Positions 38,072-48,587 of a DNA stretch of 64,000 nucleotides are shown one piece after another. Source of the DNA: an uncultured delta proteobacterium (GTDB taxonomy: Bacteria; Myxococcota_A; Polyangia; Fen-1088); NCBI GenBank assembly GCA_963796685.1, contig CAWCMR010000015.1, positions 404,164 through 468,163 of the forward strand, given 5' to 3'. Numbering within the stretch: the first letter of the stretch is position 1; every line of letters starts with the position of its first letter. The notes below the pieces were generated by a model that saw nothing but the letters and a program-made list of their open reading frames with translations, ran no database searches and was not told where the DNA came from. The position numbers were made by a program, and so were the translations under genes.

Positions 38072-39229
38072 TCATGCCAGGCGCGTCGAACGAAAGCGGG
38101 TGCGCAACCAATCGACCAAGGGTCGGCCGTAGTGCGTCTTGACCAGCGACAGGCCGAGCATGACCAGGGTGAGAAGACCGACGAGGAGCGTGGCGCCGGG
38201 AAGGCCGAGCCGGGAGCGCAGGGAGTAGACCAGGCTGCCGTAGCAAAGCTCGATGTGGACCCAGTAAATCAGCAGCGAGGTGCGACCAAGCTGGCGCAGC
38301 ACCGAAAAGCGCCCGCGCAAGAGCTGGCACCACGCAAAGCCGCCGCCAGCGAGGAGGGCGATGAGCCCCAATCGGTGGAAGAAGATACCCGGCCCCATTT
38401 GCATGAGGAGCTCCGAGGGATAGCGAATGATGGTCGGGTCGATTGCGCGAACCACGACGACCGCGGCGGTCAGCGCGGCGCCGGCCGCGAAGGTGAGGGC
38501 AAAGGCGTGGTTTCGCTGGCGAGGCTCGCGGCTGGCGGTCGCCCACAGGTGGCCCGCGGGGACGCCGACCAAGGCCCAGGCGCCCCAGGGAAACAGGGAA
38601 AACCAGGCCATGGGACGCTGTCCCCCGAGGTACGACGTCAGCGGCCGGGGCATCCAGGTGGGAAAATGCGCAGGCCCGACCAGGGTTCCGAAGCCGAGAA
38701 AGACGACGGCCAATCCCAGCGCGGGCAGGATCTGCCGGCGGCCATTTCGCGGCGTGGCCACCCACGCGACCACCAGCATCGAAAGGCCGATGGCGTTCAG
38801 GATGTCGACGCGAAACAGCGCCTCCCAGCCACCGTAGCAACGCGAGAGCAGCCATTCTTGCAGGCGAAAGAGATAGGCCAGGGCCAGAATCTGCAGGCCG
38901 CGCTTGGCCAGACGGCCGCGCATGGTGCCACTCGGCAAGCCCTTGGCCAGCCCGGATTCGAACTGAATCGCCGCCGACACGCCGACGAGGAACAAGAACA
39001 GCCGCGCCGGAATGCCCATGCCGACCCGGATGACCGCGTAGATCGTGCCGGCCTTTGCCGCGGGCAGGAGCCAGGCGTCCATCCCGTGCGCCATGATCAT
39101 CAGCACCACCGCCACGCCCCGTAGCCAGTCGACCACGTCGATTCGCGCCCGCGTCTGCGCCCCCGCCCGACTTCCCGGGCTTCTCGCGCCGTCTTGCGCA
39201 TTGGCCTGCGCGCTGTTTGCCGCACTCAT
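38072..39229 (-). CDS. DUF1624 / heparan-alpha-glucosaminide N-acetyltransferase-like membrane protein
   Basis: RIDVVDWLRGVAVVLMIMAH, DILNAIG, FSLFPW and LGRTSLLIYWVH. Confidence 0.82.
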   Translation of the reverse strand: MSAANSAQANAQDGARSPGSRAGAQTRARIDVVDWLRGVAVVLMIMAHGMDAWLLPAAKAGTIYAVIRVGMGIPARLFLFLVGVSAAIQFESGLAKGLPSGTMRGRLAKRGLQILALAYLFRLQEWLLSRCYGGWEALFRVDILNAIGLSMLVVAWVATPRNGRRQILPALGLAVVFLGFGTLVGPAHFPTWMPRPLTSYLGGQRPMAWFSLFPWGAWALVGVPAGHLWATASREPRQRNHAFALTFAAGAALTAAVVVVRAIDPTIIRYPSELLMQMGPGIFFHRLGLIALLAGGGFAWCQLLRGRFSVLRQLGRTSLLIYWVHIELCYGSLVYSLRSRLGLPGATLLVGLLTLVMLGLSLVKTHYGRPLVDWLRTRFRSTRLA

Positions 39230-39278
39230 TCCTCCAGCACACTACCAGCGAGCTGCTGGAAAAAGGTAGAGTGACACC

Positions 39279-40127
39279 GTGGAAATTTCGCTGGCCTACT
39301 CGGTTGACGCCGACGACGCGTTCATGTTTCACGCCCTGGCGACGGGTGCCGTCGATGCGCGCGGGCTGACGTTCTCGCATCGGCGCGGGGACACGGCGTG
39401 GCTGAACGGATTGGCCGAATCGGGCGGCGGCGACGTGGTGGCCATTTCGGCGGGCGCCTATCCGAAGGTCGCGGACAACTACCTGCTCTTGCCCCATGGT
39501 GCTTCGGTGGGACGCGGGTTCGGCCCGGTGGTGGTGGCCAAGCAAGCGATGACGCTGGCGGATCTGGCGGGCCGCCGCGTGGCCATCCCGGGACTTTCGA
39601 CCACGGCATTCTTGGTGCTGCGTCTGATGCAGCCGGCGCTGGTTCCCGTGGTGGTTCCCATCGCGCCCTTCGCGCGGGTGTTCGAGGCCCTGGATCGGGG
39701 CGAGGTGGACGCAGCCCTGCTGATTCACGAGGGTCGCTTGCTCTTCGAGCGTCGTGGTTGCGTGGCCGTGGCCGAGCTGGGCGAGTGGTGGCTGCGCGAA
39801 ACCGGGCTGCCACTGCCGCTCGGGGTGAACGTCATCCGGCGCGCCCTCGGCGAGCAAACCATTGCCCTGGTCTCGGAGGTCCTGCGCGCGGCCATCGTCT
39901 ACGCGCTCGACCATCGCGACGAGGTGATTTTGGCCATTGCCGGTGAAAAGCGCGGCGACGCGGCCCTGTCCGAAAGCGCACTGCTCGACCGCTACCTCGG
40001 CATGTACGCCAACGACGATACGCGCACCATGGCCCCTGATGTCCGACAGGCCATCGATGTGCTGTTCAGTCGTGCGACGGCGGCGGGCCTGCTCCCGACG
40101 GGCTGCCGAGTCGCCTGGGCACTTTAG
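39279..40127 (+). CDS. mqnD: 1,4-dihydroxy-6-naphthoate synthase (MqnA/MqnD family)
   Basis: DADDAFMFHAL, SVGRGFGP, PG.STTA, LIHEG and TGLPLPLG. Confidence 0.88.
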   Translation: MEISLAYSVDADDAFMFHALATGAVDARGLTFSHRRGDTAWLNGLAESGGGDVVAISAGAYPKVADNYLLLPHGASVGRGFGPVVVAKQAMTLADLAGRRVAIPGLSTTAFLVLRLMQPALVPVVVPIAPFARVFEALDRGEVDAALLIHEGRLLFERRGCVAVAELGEWWLRETGLPLPLGVNVIRRALGEQTIALVSEVLRAAIVYALDHRDEVILAIAGEKRGDAALSESALLDRYLGMYANDDTRTMAPDVRQAIDVLFSRATAAGLLPTGCRVAWAL

Positions 40128-40159
40128 TCGGAATTCTTCGACTTATTTCCGGGCCAGCC

Positions 40160-41935
40160 CTAAGGCCGTAGATGCGCGCGGGCCATCTCGAGTCGTCGCA
40201 GGATCTCCGGATTGCCTGGGCTGAGCGCCAGCGCTCTTGCGTACTCGGTCGCGGCGTCGGAGTAGCCCCCTCGATCCTGAGCGGCGAGACCAAGGTTCAA
40301 ATGACCGTTGATGGAATCCGGATCGATTTCGACGGCCTTCGTGAAATGTTCCGCGCCTTCCTCCCTTCGGCCAAGCTGCATGAGCGCCATCCCCAAATTG
40401 TTGTGGATCGAGGCGATGAAGGGCGCGCGAGTACCGGCAGCGTTTGTCTTCCTGGCCAGAACGGTAAGGTAGTAATCCGCCGCCTTCTGGAGCTCACCCT
40501 TCCGCATCCATGCAACTCCGAGCGCAACCTCGGCGTCCAGGTAGTCCGGATTGATTCGAAGACATGCGAGGGTCCGCGACAGGCCCTCATCGGTTCTGCC
40601 GGCCGCGAAGAGCTTCGCCGCCAAGTTGTATTCGGCCAGATAGCTTCGGGGATTGATCTCCAGGGTGTGTCGAAAGAGGCTCTCCGTAGAGCGCCAAAGC
40701 CGGGCCTGGGTAAAGCTTAGACCAGCCATGCCAAGGAGGACCACGAAGGATACCCGCAGGGCGCTGCGGGCTGCTCGCAGCCGGATGAGAATACCCGCGA
40801 CCACCAGGCTGACGCCGAACATCGGAACGTACAGGTATCGGTCGGCCACGGTGCTGAAGTCCTGGAACTTGAACGGCACCACGCCCAACACCGGTGCGAC
40901 GGAAAGGAGGAAGATGGCACACCCGCCGTAAGCGAGGGCGCGCCAGGAGGCACGGGAAGTCCGGGCGGAAGGCTCGGGGCGTAGGCCTGCACGGACGACC
41001 ACTGCCACGCCGCAAATGAGCACCAGGATGGAAAGGGCCAAGTGCCAGCCCGGCACTTGATTGAGCACGAAGTGAGGAGAACGTCCGTAGTCGAGCCCGA
41101 GGCGAAAGGGGAAGATCAGCTTGTAGAGGTAGAAGGAATAGGCATCGGCTGCCACGAGACCCCTTGCGGGAAGCCCCGGTATCAGCTCCATGTTCACATC
41201 GGGCTGAAGGTGCTTCGTTGCGAGCACGAAGGGAAGAAGCAGCACGCCGAAGACGATGGGATTCCTCAGACTTTCCTTCATGCTCTTCCCGAGAAGGATT
41301 CGGTCGGTGACCAGAAGGAACCCCGGAAAGACGACGGCCGAGGGTTTGGCGAGCGTTGCTGCGACGAAGAGGACGGCTGTCAGTCCCTTTCTTGACGAGC
41401 CGTAGTAACACCAGACCCCCAGCAGTCCCAACGTAGCCGCAAGCCCGCCTCTGAGCTCGGAGATCCATGCCACCGTCTCGACCTGTGCCGGATGAAGCGC
41501 AAAGAACAGTGCCGAGACGAGCGCAACGCTGCGCACGTGGGAATCGCTCAGCAATGCCGGCCTGATCCGATCGTGGCGGAGCAGCGTTTGAAGGATCAGG
41601 AACACCACCGAAGCATTGACCGCGTGAACCTCGAGGTTGAGCGCGTGAAAGAGTGGCGCGCTCTGTTTGAGCGGACCCATGACCTGCACCAGCCCGGCAT
41701 AGAGCCACCAAACGGAATAGGTAAGCGGGATATATAGGCCGAGATAGGGCTTCGCCCAGATGGCCCCGAGATGGGCGAGTGACAGTCCGCGAAGATGAGG
41801 ATTGTCGAGGATGTGGCCGTGATCGTCCAGGCGCAGATAACCCGCGACGAGAACCGGGAGGAACGCGAGGACACTCGCCGAGACGACGATGGCAAGTGTG
41901 CGGGCCGGAGAAGACTCCTGCTTCGACCATCCCAT
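40160..41935 (-). CDS. TMTC-like GT-C glycosyltransferase with TPRs
   Basis: LDDHGHILDNP, YIPLTY, HPAQVETVAWIS, ADRYLY and C-terminal TPRs. Confidence 0.85.
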   Translation of the reverse strand: MGWSKQESSPARTLAIVVSASVLAFLPVLVAGYLRLDDHGHILDNPHLRGLSLAHLGAIWAKPYLGLYIPLTYSVWWLYAGLVQVMGPLKQSAPLFHALNLEVHAVNASVVFLILQTLLRHDRIRPALLSDSHVRSVALVSALFFALHPAQVETVAWISELRGGLAATLGLLGVWCYYGSSRKGLTAVLFVAATLAKPSAVVFPGFLLVTDRILLGKSMKESLRNPIVFGVLLLPFVLATKHLQPDVNMELIPGLPARGLVAADAYSFYLYKLIFPFRLGLDYGRSPHFVLNQVPGWHLALSILVLICGVAVVVRAGLRPEPSARTSRASWRALAYGGCAIFLLSVAPVLGVVPFKFQDFSTVADRYLYVPMFGVSLVVAGILIRLRAARSALRVSFVVLLGMAGLSFTQARLWRSTESLFRHTLEINPRSYLAEYNLAAKLFAAGRTDEGLSRTLACLRINPDYLDAEVALGVAWMRKGELQKAADYYLTVLARKTNAAGTRAPFIASIHNNLGMALMQLGRREEGAEHFTKAVEIDPDSINGHLNLGLAAQDRGGYSDAATEYARALALSPGNPEILRRLEMARAHLRP

Positions 41936-42141
41936 GGAGCCCTTCAGTCCAACCCTTGAACAGCGTTGGTACTGGTCCACGGTTCTCGACGCACATGGCA
42001 GGCCCCTCGGCTTCGAGGAAATCGCAGGCAAAGGGCAGGGAAGCAATGCGCACCGACAACCGACATTGCCCGAAGTCTCTATGCCCGTGGGCTCCGCGGT
42101 CAAGCGGAGATTGGCAGTCAGGTATCCGGGTCGTGCTGGCC

Positions 42142-43641
42142 TCAGTTTGCCCTGATCTCCTTCGGACGCGTATACCTAGGGCGATATCGCTCGGGCAGAG
42201 GGATGCATCCGCCAGAGCGATCGAGAAGTGTCACGCCGCCGCGCTCGGCAACAGGGTGCCAGCCGGGGAGACTGGCACCGCTGGGTGCAATCGCATAGTT
42301 CGCGGCCTGCGACATCAGCAGCCACATCGGGCGGCTCGTGGGGCTGGTCAAGATACTATCGCGATGAAGATACGTCTTGCCGCCCGAGAAGAGCTCATTG
42401 GGCAGGAGACCGAGGATAAGCATCCCGCAGAGATCCGATTGCTGGCCAGCCTGGACGATCAGACGATTGATGCTATTGCGTTTCCCGAACAGGATGTGAT
42501 CGCGTGCCTCGCCCCTGGCATCTCCCAGGTCCTGGTAGGTCAAGGTGGTGGCGCGCAGCGTTCCGTACAGGATCATGCCGATAGCTCCGACGGCAAGAAG
42601 CGCGACGCGCGCTTCCGGAACCGCCACTCGCCGGGCACACCACGGACCGAAGAGCACCACCAGGCCACTTGCTGTCACGGCGCCGAGCAGCGGCAGGATA
42701 GGGAGCAGAAAGCGCGGCTCTTTGTGTCCGAACGCGGAATGTGCAGCAAGGTACAGCAAGGCGACGGCAAGCGGCATGCGTGCCCCGGGAATTTTTCGAA
42801 GCAACGCGATTGCGGCAGGAGGGAAACACAGGGCGAGCGGAAGCGCGGCGACAAGGAGCACCAGCGCATGGCTCCACGCAGGTTGTACGCCGAACGAGCT
42901 CGCGCCGGACTGGCTCCAATTGAACCTCACGTACTCGACAAGATGATGGAAAGGACTGCCCCACGTGGCCCAGTCGAGCATCCCGCCAGCGATGGCCACC
43001 GGTAGCCCGCCGGAAGCAAACCGAGCCAGGTCGCGAAAACGACCCTCGAACGCGAGCAGCACAGCAGCAGAGAGGCCCACGATGCCATTGGATGGGCGCA
43101 GAAAGACCAGCAGAGCTGCCCAGGCCCCGGCTCGCACGACCTTCTCGTCGGCAATCGCCATCACGGTCAGGAGCACGATCGGGGCACTCGCGGCCTCGGT
43201 GGTGGTCCGAAAATCGAGGAGGAGCGCCAAGGGCGTGAAGGCCGCCAAGGTACACGCAAGGAATCTCGCGCTGTCGCTTGACAGCTTACCGGCCAGGCGC
43301 GAGGCGAGATACACCCCATAGACACCAAGAGCAACGAAGGGCATGCGCAGCAAGGGCACGACCGTCAATGGATCCGAAAAACCGAGCAGGGCGAGCCCTT
43401 TCCATAACAGCGCGAGCAGGCCCGGCAGCAGCCAAGAACGTGCGCCATCATGGAATTCCCAAGATTGAATCCCATATCCGTAGACCCATCGGTGGGCCGG
43501 CTCGAGCATCTGGAAGATTTCGTCGGGTTGGTTGACGCCATGCTCGAAGCATGCAAGCCCAAGGCGCGGTAGGGCAGCGAGCACGAGCATGATGGCTAGC
43601 CACCGGCGCGCGAAGAAATCGAGCATCGCCTTCATCGACAT
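42142..43641 (-). CDS. GT22 (PIG-B/Alg9-like) mannosyltransferase
   Basis: PDEIFQMLEPAH...WEF..GARSW and HKEPRFLLP motifs. Confidence 0.85.
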   Translation of the reverse strand: MSMKAMLDFFARRWLAIMLVLAALPRLGLACFEHGVNQPDEIFQMLEPAHRWVYGYGIQSWEFHDGARSWLLPGLLALLWKGLALLGFSDPLTVVPLLRMPFVALGVYGVYLASRLAGKLSSDSARFLACTLAAFTPLALLLDFRTTTEAASAPIVLLTVMAIADEKVVRAGAWAALLVFLRPSNGIVGLSAAVLLAFEGRFRDLARFASGGLPVAIAGGMLDWATWGSPFHHLVEYVRFNWSQSGASSFGVQPAWSHALVLLVAALPLALCFPPAAIALLRKIPGARMPLAVALLYLAAHSAFGHKEPRFLLPILPLLGAVTASGLVVLFGPWCARRVAVPEARVALLAVGAIGMILYGTLRATTLTYQDLGDARGEARDHILFGKRNSINRLIVQAGQQSDLCGMLILGLLPNELFSGGKTYLHRDSILTSPTSRPMWLLMSQAANYAIAPSGASLPGWHPVAERGGVTLLDRSGGCIPLPERYRPRYTRPKEIRAN

Positions 43642-43688
43642 TTGGGAGCCATGGCAGGGGCTTGGGTCGGAAGCTCGGCGGGCTGCCG

Positions 43689-44387
43689 TCAGCTTCGCGT
43701 CTCCGTGGTGAAGTTCTTCGTCAGCCCGTCGAGCACAGCCTGACACGCGCGCTCTGCGGCGGACTTGGCGTGCCTCTGCCATTCGCGCTGTCCGCTGGGA
43801 CCGACGTGGTTCGCGATGCCCAGGATCGCGGCGAAGGGAATCTTGGCCTTCGCCGCGGCGCGGGCCACGGCGAAGGCTTCCAAGTTCTCCAGGGCGCAAC
43901 CGGACAGCTTGGCGGCCACGCTCGCGCCTGCCACGCTCGCCGTGATGCCCATTGGACACGCGATGTCGACGCAGGGCAATCCCGCGGCTCTGCGCAAGCC
44001 TCGCACGAGGGAGGGCGTGGACTTCGCCAGCGTCGGCACGATGGCGGGAAGATAGGCGTGCTCGTAGGAAGAGATTCGCGGCAGCAGGCGAATGCACCCT
44101 GCGATGGCCGCGCCGCCTGGAACGAGCTCGGCGGATTGTCCGGGGTAGACGCCCGCAGTGCCGATCAGCAGCACGGCGCTCGGCCGATGCTGGTCGAGCA
44201 GTCGCGCCGTCGCGATGCCGGATTCGACCAGGCCCACGCCGACGCTCGCCAAGGTCAGCCGCTGGCGTACGCGCGGGGGCAGATGGGGCAGTCTCGCTCG
44301 AAGGTGCGCAAGCTCGGGCGGCCACGCCGCGAGGACGAGCCAACCGCCGTCATGGGGCGGTACCGTGGACTTCGCCGATTTTCTCAT
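43689..44387 (-). CDS. mqnB: futalosine hydrolase-like nucleosidase (PNP/UDP family)
   Basis: GVGLVES, IGTAG, ENLEAFAVA and GIANHVG; near mqnD. Confidence 0.72.
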   Translation of the reverse strand: MRKSAKSTVPPHDGGWLVLAAWPPELAHLRARLPHLPPRVRQRLTLASVGVGLVESGIATARLLDQHRPSAVLLIGTAGVYPGQSAELVPGGAAIAGCIRLLPRISSYEHAYLPAIVPTLAKSTPSLVRGLRRAAGLPCVDIACPMGITASVAGASVAAKLSGCALENLEAFAVARAAAKAKIPFAAILGIANHVGPSGQREWQRHAKSAAERACQAVLDGLTKNFTTETRS

Positions 44388-44396
44388 GTGGCCCCA

Positions 44397-44607
44397 TAAT
44401 CCCGCGATAGGCGCGGGAGGTCGTGGCCGTGGTCGTGGCCGTGGCCGGAGTGATCTTCGTCGGCCACGACGGCGAGGACGCCTACGGCCACGGTGACGAC
44501 TACGACTACGACCACCATTCGCCGTTCCGATTGGGTGCGAGCATCCATCGTGGAAAGGTGTCTCCTTCTGCCGCCTTCCCGAGAGCACTGCGCTTGTCGC
44601 GGGATTA
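44397..44607. repeat. full-length MITE-like copy
   Basis: TAATCCCGCGATAG...CTTGTCGCGGGATTA terminal inverted repeats; GGCCGT/GGTCGT and ACGACT hexamer runs. Confidence 0.85.
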
Positions 44608-44675
44608 GGGTGGCCCGCAAGTATTGCGTTTCGCGTGCTGCTGGTATATTGCCCATTTCCTGGTCGCGCGCGTCC

Positions 44676-45356
44676 ATGCCCAATCGGATCATCGTCATAC
44701 CCGCTTACAACGAAGAACGCACGATAGCCGACGTCGTGCGCGAAGCGGTGAAATTCGCCGAGCACGTGGTGGTGGTGGACGACGGCTCGCGCGACCGTAC
44801 GGGCGAGCTGGCCAAGGAGGCCGGCGCTTTGGTGGTTCGGCACGCGGTCAATCGCGGCGTGGGCGCTGCGCTGGGCACGGGCATCGAAGCGGCGATTCGT
44901 CTGGGCGCCGACGCGGTCGTGACCATGGATGCCGACGGCCAGCACCTCGCGGTCGACGCGGGCAAGGTCTTCGATCGCCTTGCCCAGGGCGACGTGGATT
45001 TCGTCATCGGCTCGCGCATGAAGGGGGGCGACGATTGCGGGCACATGCCGGCCCACCGCGTGCTGTTCAACACCATCGGCAATCTTCTGACCTTCTTCCT
45101 TTTCGGCGTGTGGGTGACCGACAGCCAGAGCGGGCTACGCGGACTGTCGCAGCAGGCCGCGCGCACCATCGAGCTGCGCACCAACGGCATGGAGTCGCTG
45201 TCCGAGTTTCTCAAGGAGATGAAGGACAAGCACTGGCGCATGGCCGAGGTCCCCATCAAGGCCATCTACACCGACTATTCGATGTCGAAGGGACAGAACT
45301 TCTTCGTGGGTGTGAAGGTGGCCATCAAGCTCATCTTCAGGCGCTTCATCGGGTAA
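44676..45356 (+). CDS. GT2 polyprenol-phosphate glycosyltransferase (DPM1-like)
   Basis: IPAYNEE, VDDGSRD, MDADGQH and DSQSG. Confidence 0.93.
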   Translation: MPNRIIVIPAYNEERTIADVVREAVKFAEHVVVVDDGSRDRTGELAKEAGALVVRHAVNRGVGAALGTGIEAAIRLGADAVVTMDADGQHLAVDAGKVFDRLAQGDVDFVIGSRMKGGDDCGHMPAHRVLFNTIGNLLTFFLFGVWVTDSQSGLRGLSQQAARTIELRTNGMESLSEFLKEMKDKHWRMAEVPIKAIYTDYSMSKGQNFFVGVKVAIKLIFRRFIG

Positions 45357-45358
45357 CC

Positions 45359-45736
45359 ATGCACGCCATTCAGATCGTCCTCATTTGTTTCGCCATCTTT
45401 GCCATGTCGCGGGTGATGATTCGCTATCGCCGCGGCAACATGCGCACGGTGGATCTCGTGTTGTGGCTGCTGTTTTGGGTGGCCGTCGTGGTGGTGGTAT
45501 GGCTCCCCGACACGACGAATCTGCTCGCCCGCTGGCTCGGGGTCGGCCGCGGCGTCGATACCGCGATGTATCTTTCGATCCTGGCTATCTTCTACCTGCT
45601 CTTTCGCTCGTTCGCGAAGGTCGAGGACTTGGATCGTCAGCTCACCCGCATCGTGCGCGCCAACGCCCTTCGCGAGATGGAAGAGGATCTGCGCTTGTCG
45701 GCGGTGGAGCGCGCGAAGTCCATCGACAAGACCTAA
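45359..45736 (+). CDS. DUF2304 family membrane protein
   Basis: Three TM helices, LGVGRGVD and LTRIVR; typical partner of GT2 genes. Confidence 0.85.
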   Translation: MHAIQIVLICFAIFAMSRVMIRYRRGNMRTVDLVLWLLFWVAVVVVVWLPDTTNLLARWLGVGRGVDTAMYLSILAIFYLLFRSFAKVEDLDRQLTRIVRANALREMEEDLRLSAVERAKSIDKT

Positions 45737-46752
45737 CGCAACTGCGCCTGTCCGTCTGCAAGCAGGGTATCCGCGGCGAGCTTGAACCAGCCCAAGGTGC
45801 GTTCGCTGCGCGCGAAGAGCGGGGACTTGGTGTCGTCAACCGGGCTGGCCACGGTGGCGGGTTTGCCGATCTCCACGAAGCCCAGACGTCGCCCGTGCCG
45901 GCTGTACTCGACGCGCAGCTCGACTTGCGGTGGACCCTCGACAGGGGTCTCGTCCTTGCCCAGGACCTCGACGGGCCAGGCGGAGAAGACGCGATCGTGC
46001 CAGGTCTTGAACGCGGAATCGGGCTTGCCGGGCGTGTTGGCGGGGGCGATGCGCACGCCTTGCTCGTCGTGCGAGATGACGAATTCGCGCCGGGTCTTGC
46101 CCTGCGAAACCACCATGTGGTCGGCCTCGTCGAGGCGGAAGGCGTGGAGGTGACGCTCGACCAGCAGCGACGCCGCAGCCTGGAAGTCGGAGAGGAAGGA
46201 ACGCGCGACCAGGAAGACTTGGCCGCTTTGCTCGTCCCGCAAGTAGGGCTCGGTTCCGCCGGCGGGCGCGGGCGCGATGGCGAAGCTGCGCTGACCGGTG
46301 CGCAGCACGAGGGTGATGCGCTTCTTGGTCTTGTCGAGTCCCAGCTCCTCGAGCTTGTCGGCGGTCAGGATTCCCAGCCCGCGGGTTGCACGCAAGGGGG
46401 CGAAGCTGGCGAAGAGCTTCTCGGCCGCCTCGCTGCCGCGCACCAATCGCTCGGGCGTCAGCTTGGGTTCCGGCTTGGCGCCTGCCGCCGGTGCCTTGGT
46501 CTTCGCCGGTTCCTCGTGCGGCCCGAGGCGCACCGAGGTGTACGGCCCGGATTCGTCGGACGCTCGGCCAAGCTCGACCCAGGTCGATTTCTCCTCGTCG
46601 TCGAAGCGCACGCTGACCAGGTCGTTCTTCCCGATGTCGACCGCGAGGACCTCGCCCGGCAAGAGCGCGGGACTGCGCTGCCAGGTGAAATAGGCCAGGA
46701 CCAGCGCGCCCAGCGCCAATCCGCCTTGCACTGCAACTTGCCGGAAGGTCAT
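45733..46752 (-). CDS. DUF4340-like protein of Gld-type ABC system
   Basis: N-terminal TM, LEELGLD motif, last gene of the ABC operon. Confidence 0.7.
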   Translation of the reverse strand: MTFRQVAVQGGLALGALVLAYFTWQRSPALLPGEVLAVDIGKNDLVSVRFDDEEKSTWVELGRASDESGPYTSVRLGPHEEPAKTKAPAAGAKPEPKLTPERLVRGSEAAEKLFASFAPLRATRGLGILTADKLEELGLDKTKKRITLVLRTGQRSFAIAPAPAGGTEPYLRDEQSGQVFLVARSFLSDFQAAASLLVERHLHAFRLDEADHMVVSQGKTRREFVISHDEQGVRIAPANTPGKPDSAFKTWHDRVFSAWPVEVLGKDETPVEGPPQVELRVEYSRHGRRLGFVEIGKPATVASPVDDTKSPLFARSERTLGWFKLAADTLLADGQAQLR

Positions 46753-48587
46753 GGCGTCACCTCGCGCTTGCGGCGTTTCCGGGTCGCGACCCACCCCGTG
46801 AAGAGGACCAGCCCGGGCGCGAGGAACACCGACGAGTAGAACCAGAACGTGTCCTGCTTGCGCGTGTGGCGCACGGGAACGTCCTCTTCGTTGCTGACCG
46901 GGCCGGCAACCTCGGGCTCGCCCAGCAGCCAGCGGACGACGTCGAAGGCCAGCAGCGCGTTGGCACGGTTGCGGATGAGCAGATCGGAAAAGACGTCGGA
47001 GTCGCCGATGACGAAGGCTCGGCCGTCCTGGGCCTTGTCGGTGGAGCCTGCGGGCTTGCGCAAGGTGACCGCGGCAGCGACGGGGTACGTCTTGCGCACT
47101 TCGCTGTCGCTGTCGAGCTCCAGGTTCTTGTTCTTGTCCTCCCAGGTGTTGGCATCGGTGCGAATGATGAAATCCACGGCGGGGAGCGGGTCGGGCTTGG
47201 TGGCGCTCGAAGCCAGCGCGCCGGCCCCGAACAGCACCACGGGCATCTGGGTGCCGAAGGGGGCCTGCGAGGCGAGCGCGGCGTGGCTGGAATAGCCGGT
47301 GGGAACGATGCCGACGCGATCGGCCTTCTGGTGGGTGCGTGCCCAGTAGATGCGATCGTTGGTCAGAGGCGCGCTCGAAAGCTGGAGCGACAGCGCCGCC
47401 AGGACGGGCGAGGCGACGGAGGCGTCTTCGGGATCCACCGCCACGAGCAGTCGACCGCCACGGTGGAAGTAACGCACGAGAGCCGAAGCTTCTTCAGCCA
47501 ACATGGGCCGTCGCGGTCCCACCAACATGACCACCGAGGCGTCGGCAGGCACCTCGTTGCCCAGGCCCTGCGCGAGCCCAAGCTCGCGCACCTCAAGGTT
47601 CTGGCCCTGCAAGAGCTCGCGCAGCAGGCTCAAGCTACCGGTTGCCTCGGCGTCGTGGGGCGCGCTCAAGGAGCGCTCCTCATGACCCTGCACGAGGTAG
47701 ACGGTGCGTTTGCCGCGGGAGAGGCTCAGGATGTGTTTGTAGACGTCTTGGTCGAGAACGCGCAGCTTGGGGCGCGCGCTCTCCAGCTTGGCCGAGACGG
47801 GAAGCTGCTCGTGCTGGCTGCCACGCGCAAAAGCCACGGCCCCGTTGCCGGTGACGCCCAGCGCCCTGGCCCTGGCCGGGTCCACGGCCTGGTCGGCGCG
47901 CACCACGGTCAACTTGCTCGACACGCGCGTCAAGTCGGCGAAATACCCGGCCAGCTCCTCGGCCACGTCGTTGCCCGGCGGATAGAACAGGGTGACCTCG
48001 ATGGGCTGGTCCAGGGCGGCGACCAGTTGCTTGGTCACGGCGCTGGCACGCGCGGTGCGGAAGAAGGACAGGTCGGCCTTGACGTTGCGCTCGGCCGCCA
48101 CGTAGGCGCCGGCGAAGCAGAACACGAGGGCGAAGGCGATGCCGAATCCCGACAGCGCGGCCGCGCGCACCCGTCGGGCGTCGACCAGGGGCGAGCGGGC
48201 CATGCCCGCCAACGCGAGCTCCACGAGCAGCACCGGCAGCGTGGCCACCAGCAGGATGGCCGGCCAGAGCACGGCGAGCGCGCCGTCCAGCTTGGGCATG
48301 CTTGCGTCGAGGGCGCGGCGGCCGAGCAGGGCGGGCAGATCGGCGCGCGAGAAGCACAGGGCCAGCGCGACGAGGCCGAGCAGGTACAAAGCGGGCAACA
48401 CGCGGCCGGCCGGCCGACCCTTGCCTCGCCACAGACCGAGCACCAGCGCCGCCACGATGGCCGCGAGGCCGAGCAGCGTGGTCGTGGTGCTGGGGCGGCC
48501 GGGAACGAGCACGCGCTCGCCGACATAGACCAAAGCGAGACCCACCGCATAGACGACGGATGCCGTCTTCTTGTGTGCTAGCTCCAT
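46749..48587 (-). CDS. GldG-like ABC auxiliary component
   Basis: VYLVQGHEE, VGPRRP, RGGRLLVAVDP, VIGDSD and C-terminal TM. Confidence 0.85.
   Translation of the reverse strand: MELAHKKTASVVYAVGLALVYVGERVLVPGRPSTTTTLLGLAAIVAALVLGLWRGKGRPAGRVLPALYLLGLVALALCFSRADLPALLGRRALDASMPKLDGALAVLWPAILLVATLPVLLVELALAGMARSPLVDARRVRAAALSGFGIAFALVFCFAGAYVAAERNVKADLSFFRTARASAVTKQLVAALDQPIEVTLFYPPGNDVAEELAGYFADLTRVSSKLTVVRADQAVDPARARALGVTGNGAVAFARGSQHEQLPVSAKLESARPKLRVLDQDVYKHILSLSRGKRTVYLVQGHEERSLSAPHDAEATGSLSLLRELLQGQNLEVRELGLAQGLGNEVPADASVVMLVGPRRPMLAEEASALVRYFHRGGRLLVAVDPEDASVASPVLAALSLQLSSAPLTNDRIYWARTHQKADRVGIVPTGYSSHAALASQAPFGTQMPVVLFGAGALASSATKPDPLPAVDFIIRTDANTWEDKNKNLELDSDSEVRKTYPVAAAVTLRKPAGSTDKAQDGRAFVIGDSDVFSDLLIRNRANALLAFDVVRWLLGEPEVAGPVSNEEDVPVRHTRKQDTFWFYSSVFLAPGLVLFTGWVATRKRRKREVTP

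Noticed and set aside
43642-45056. Long N-terminal extensions of the GT22 and mqnB ORFs in the track
   Set aside because: They run through neighbouring genes and a MITE; homology begins at later starts.
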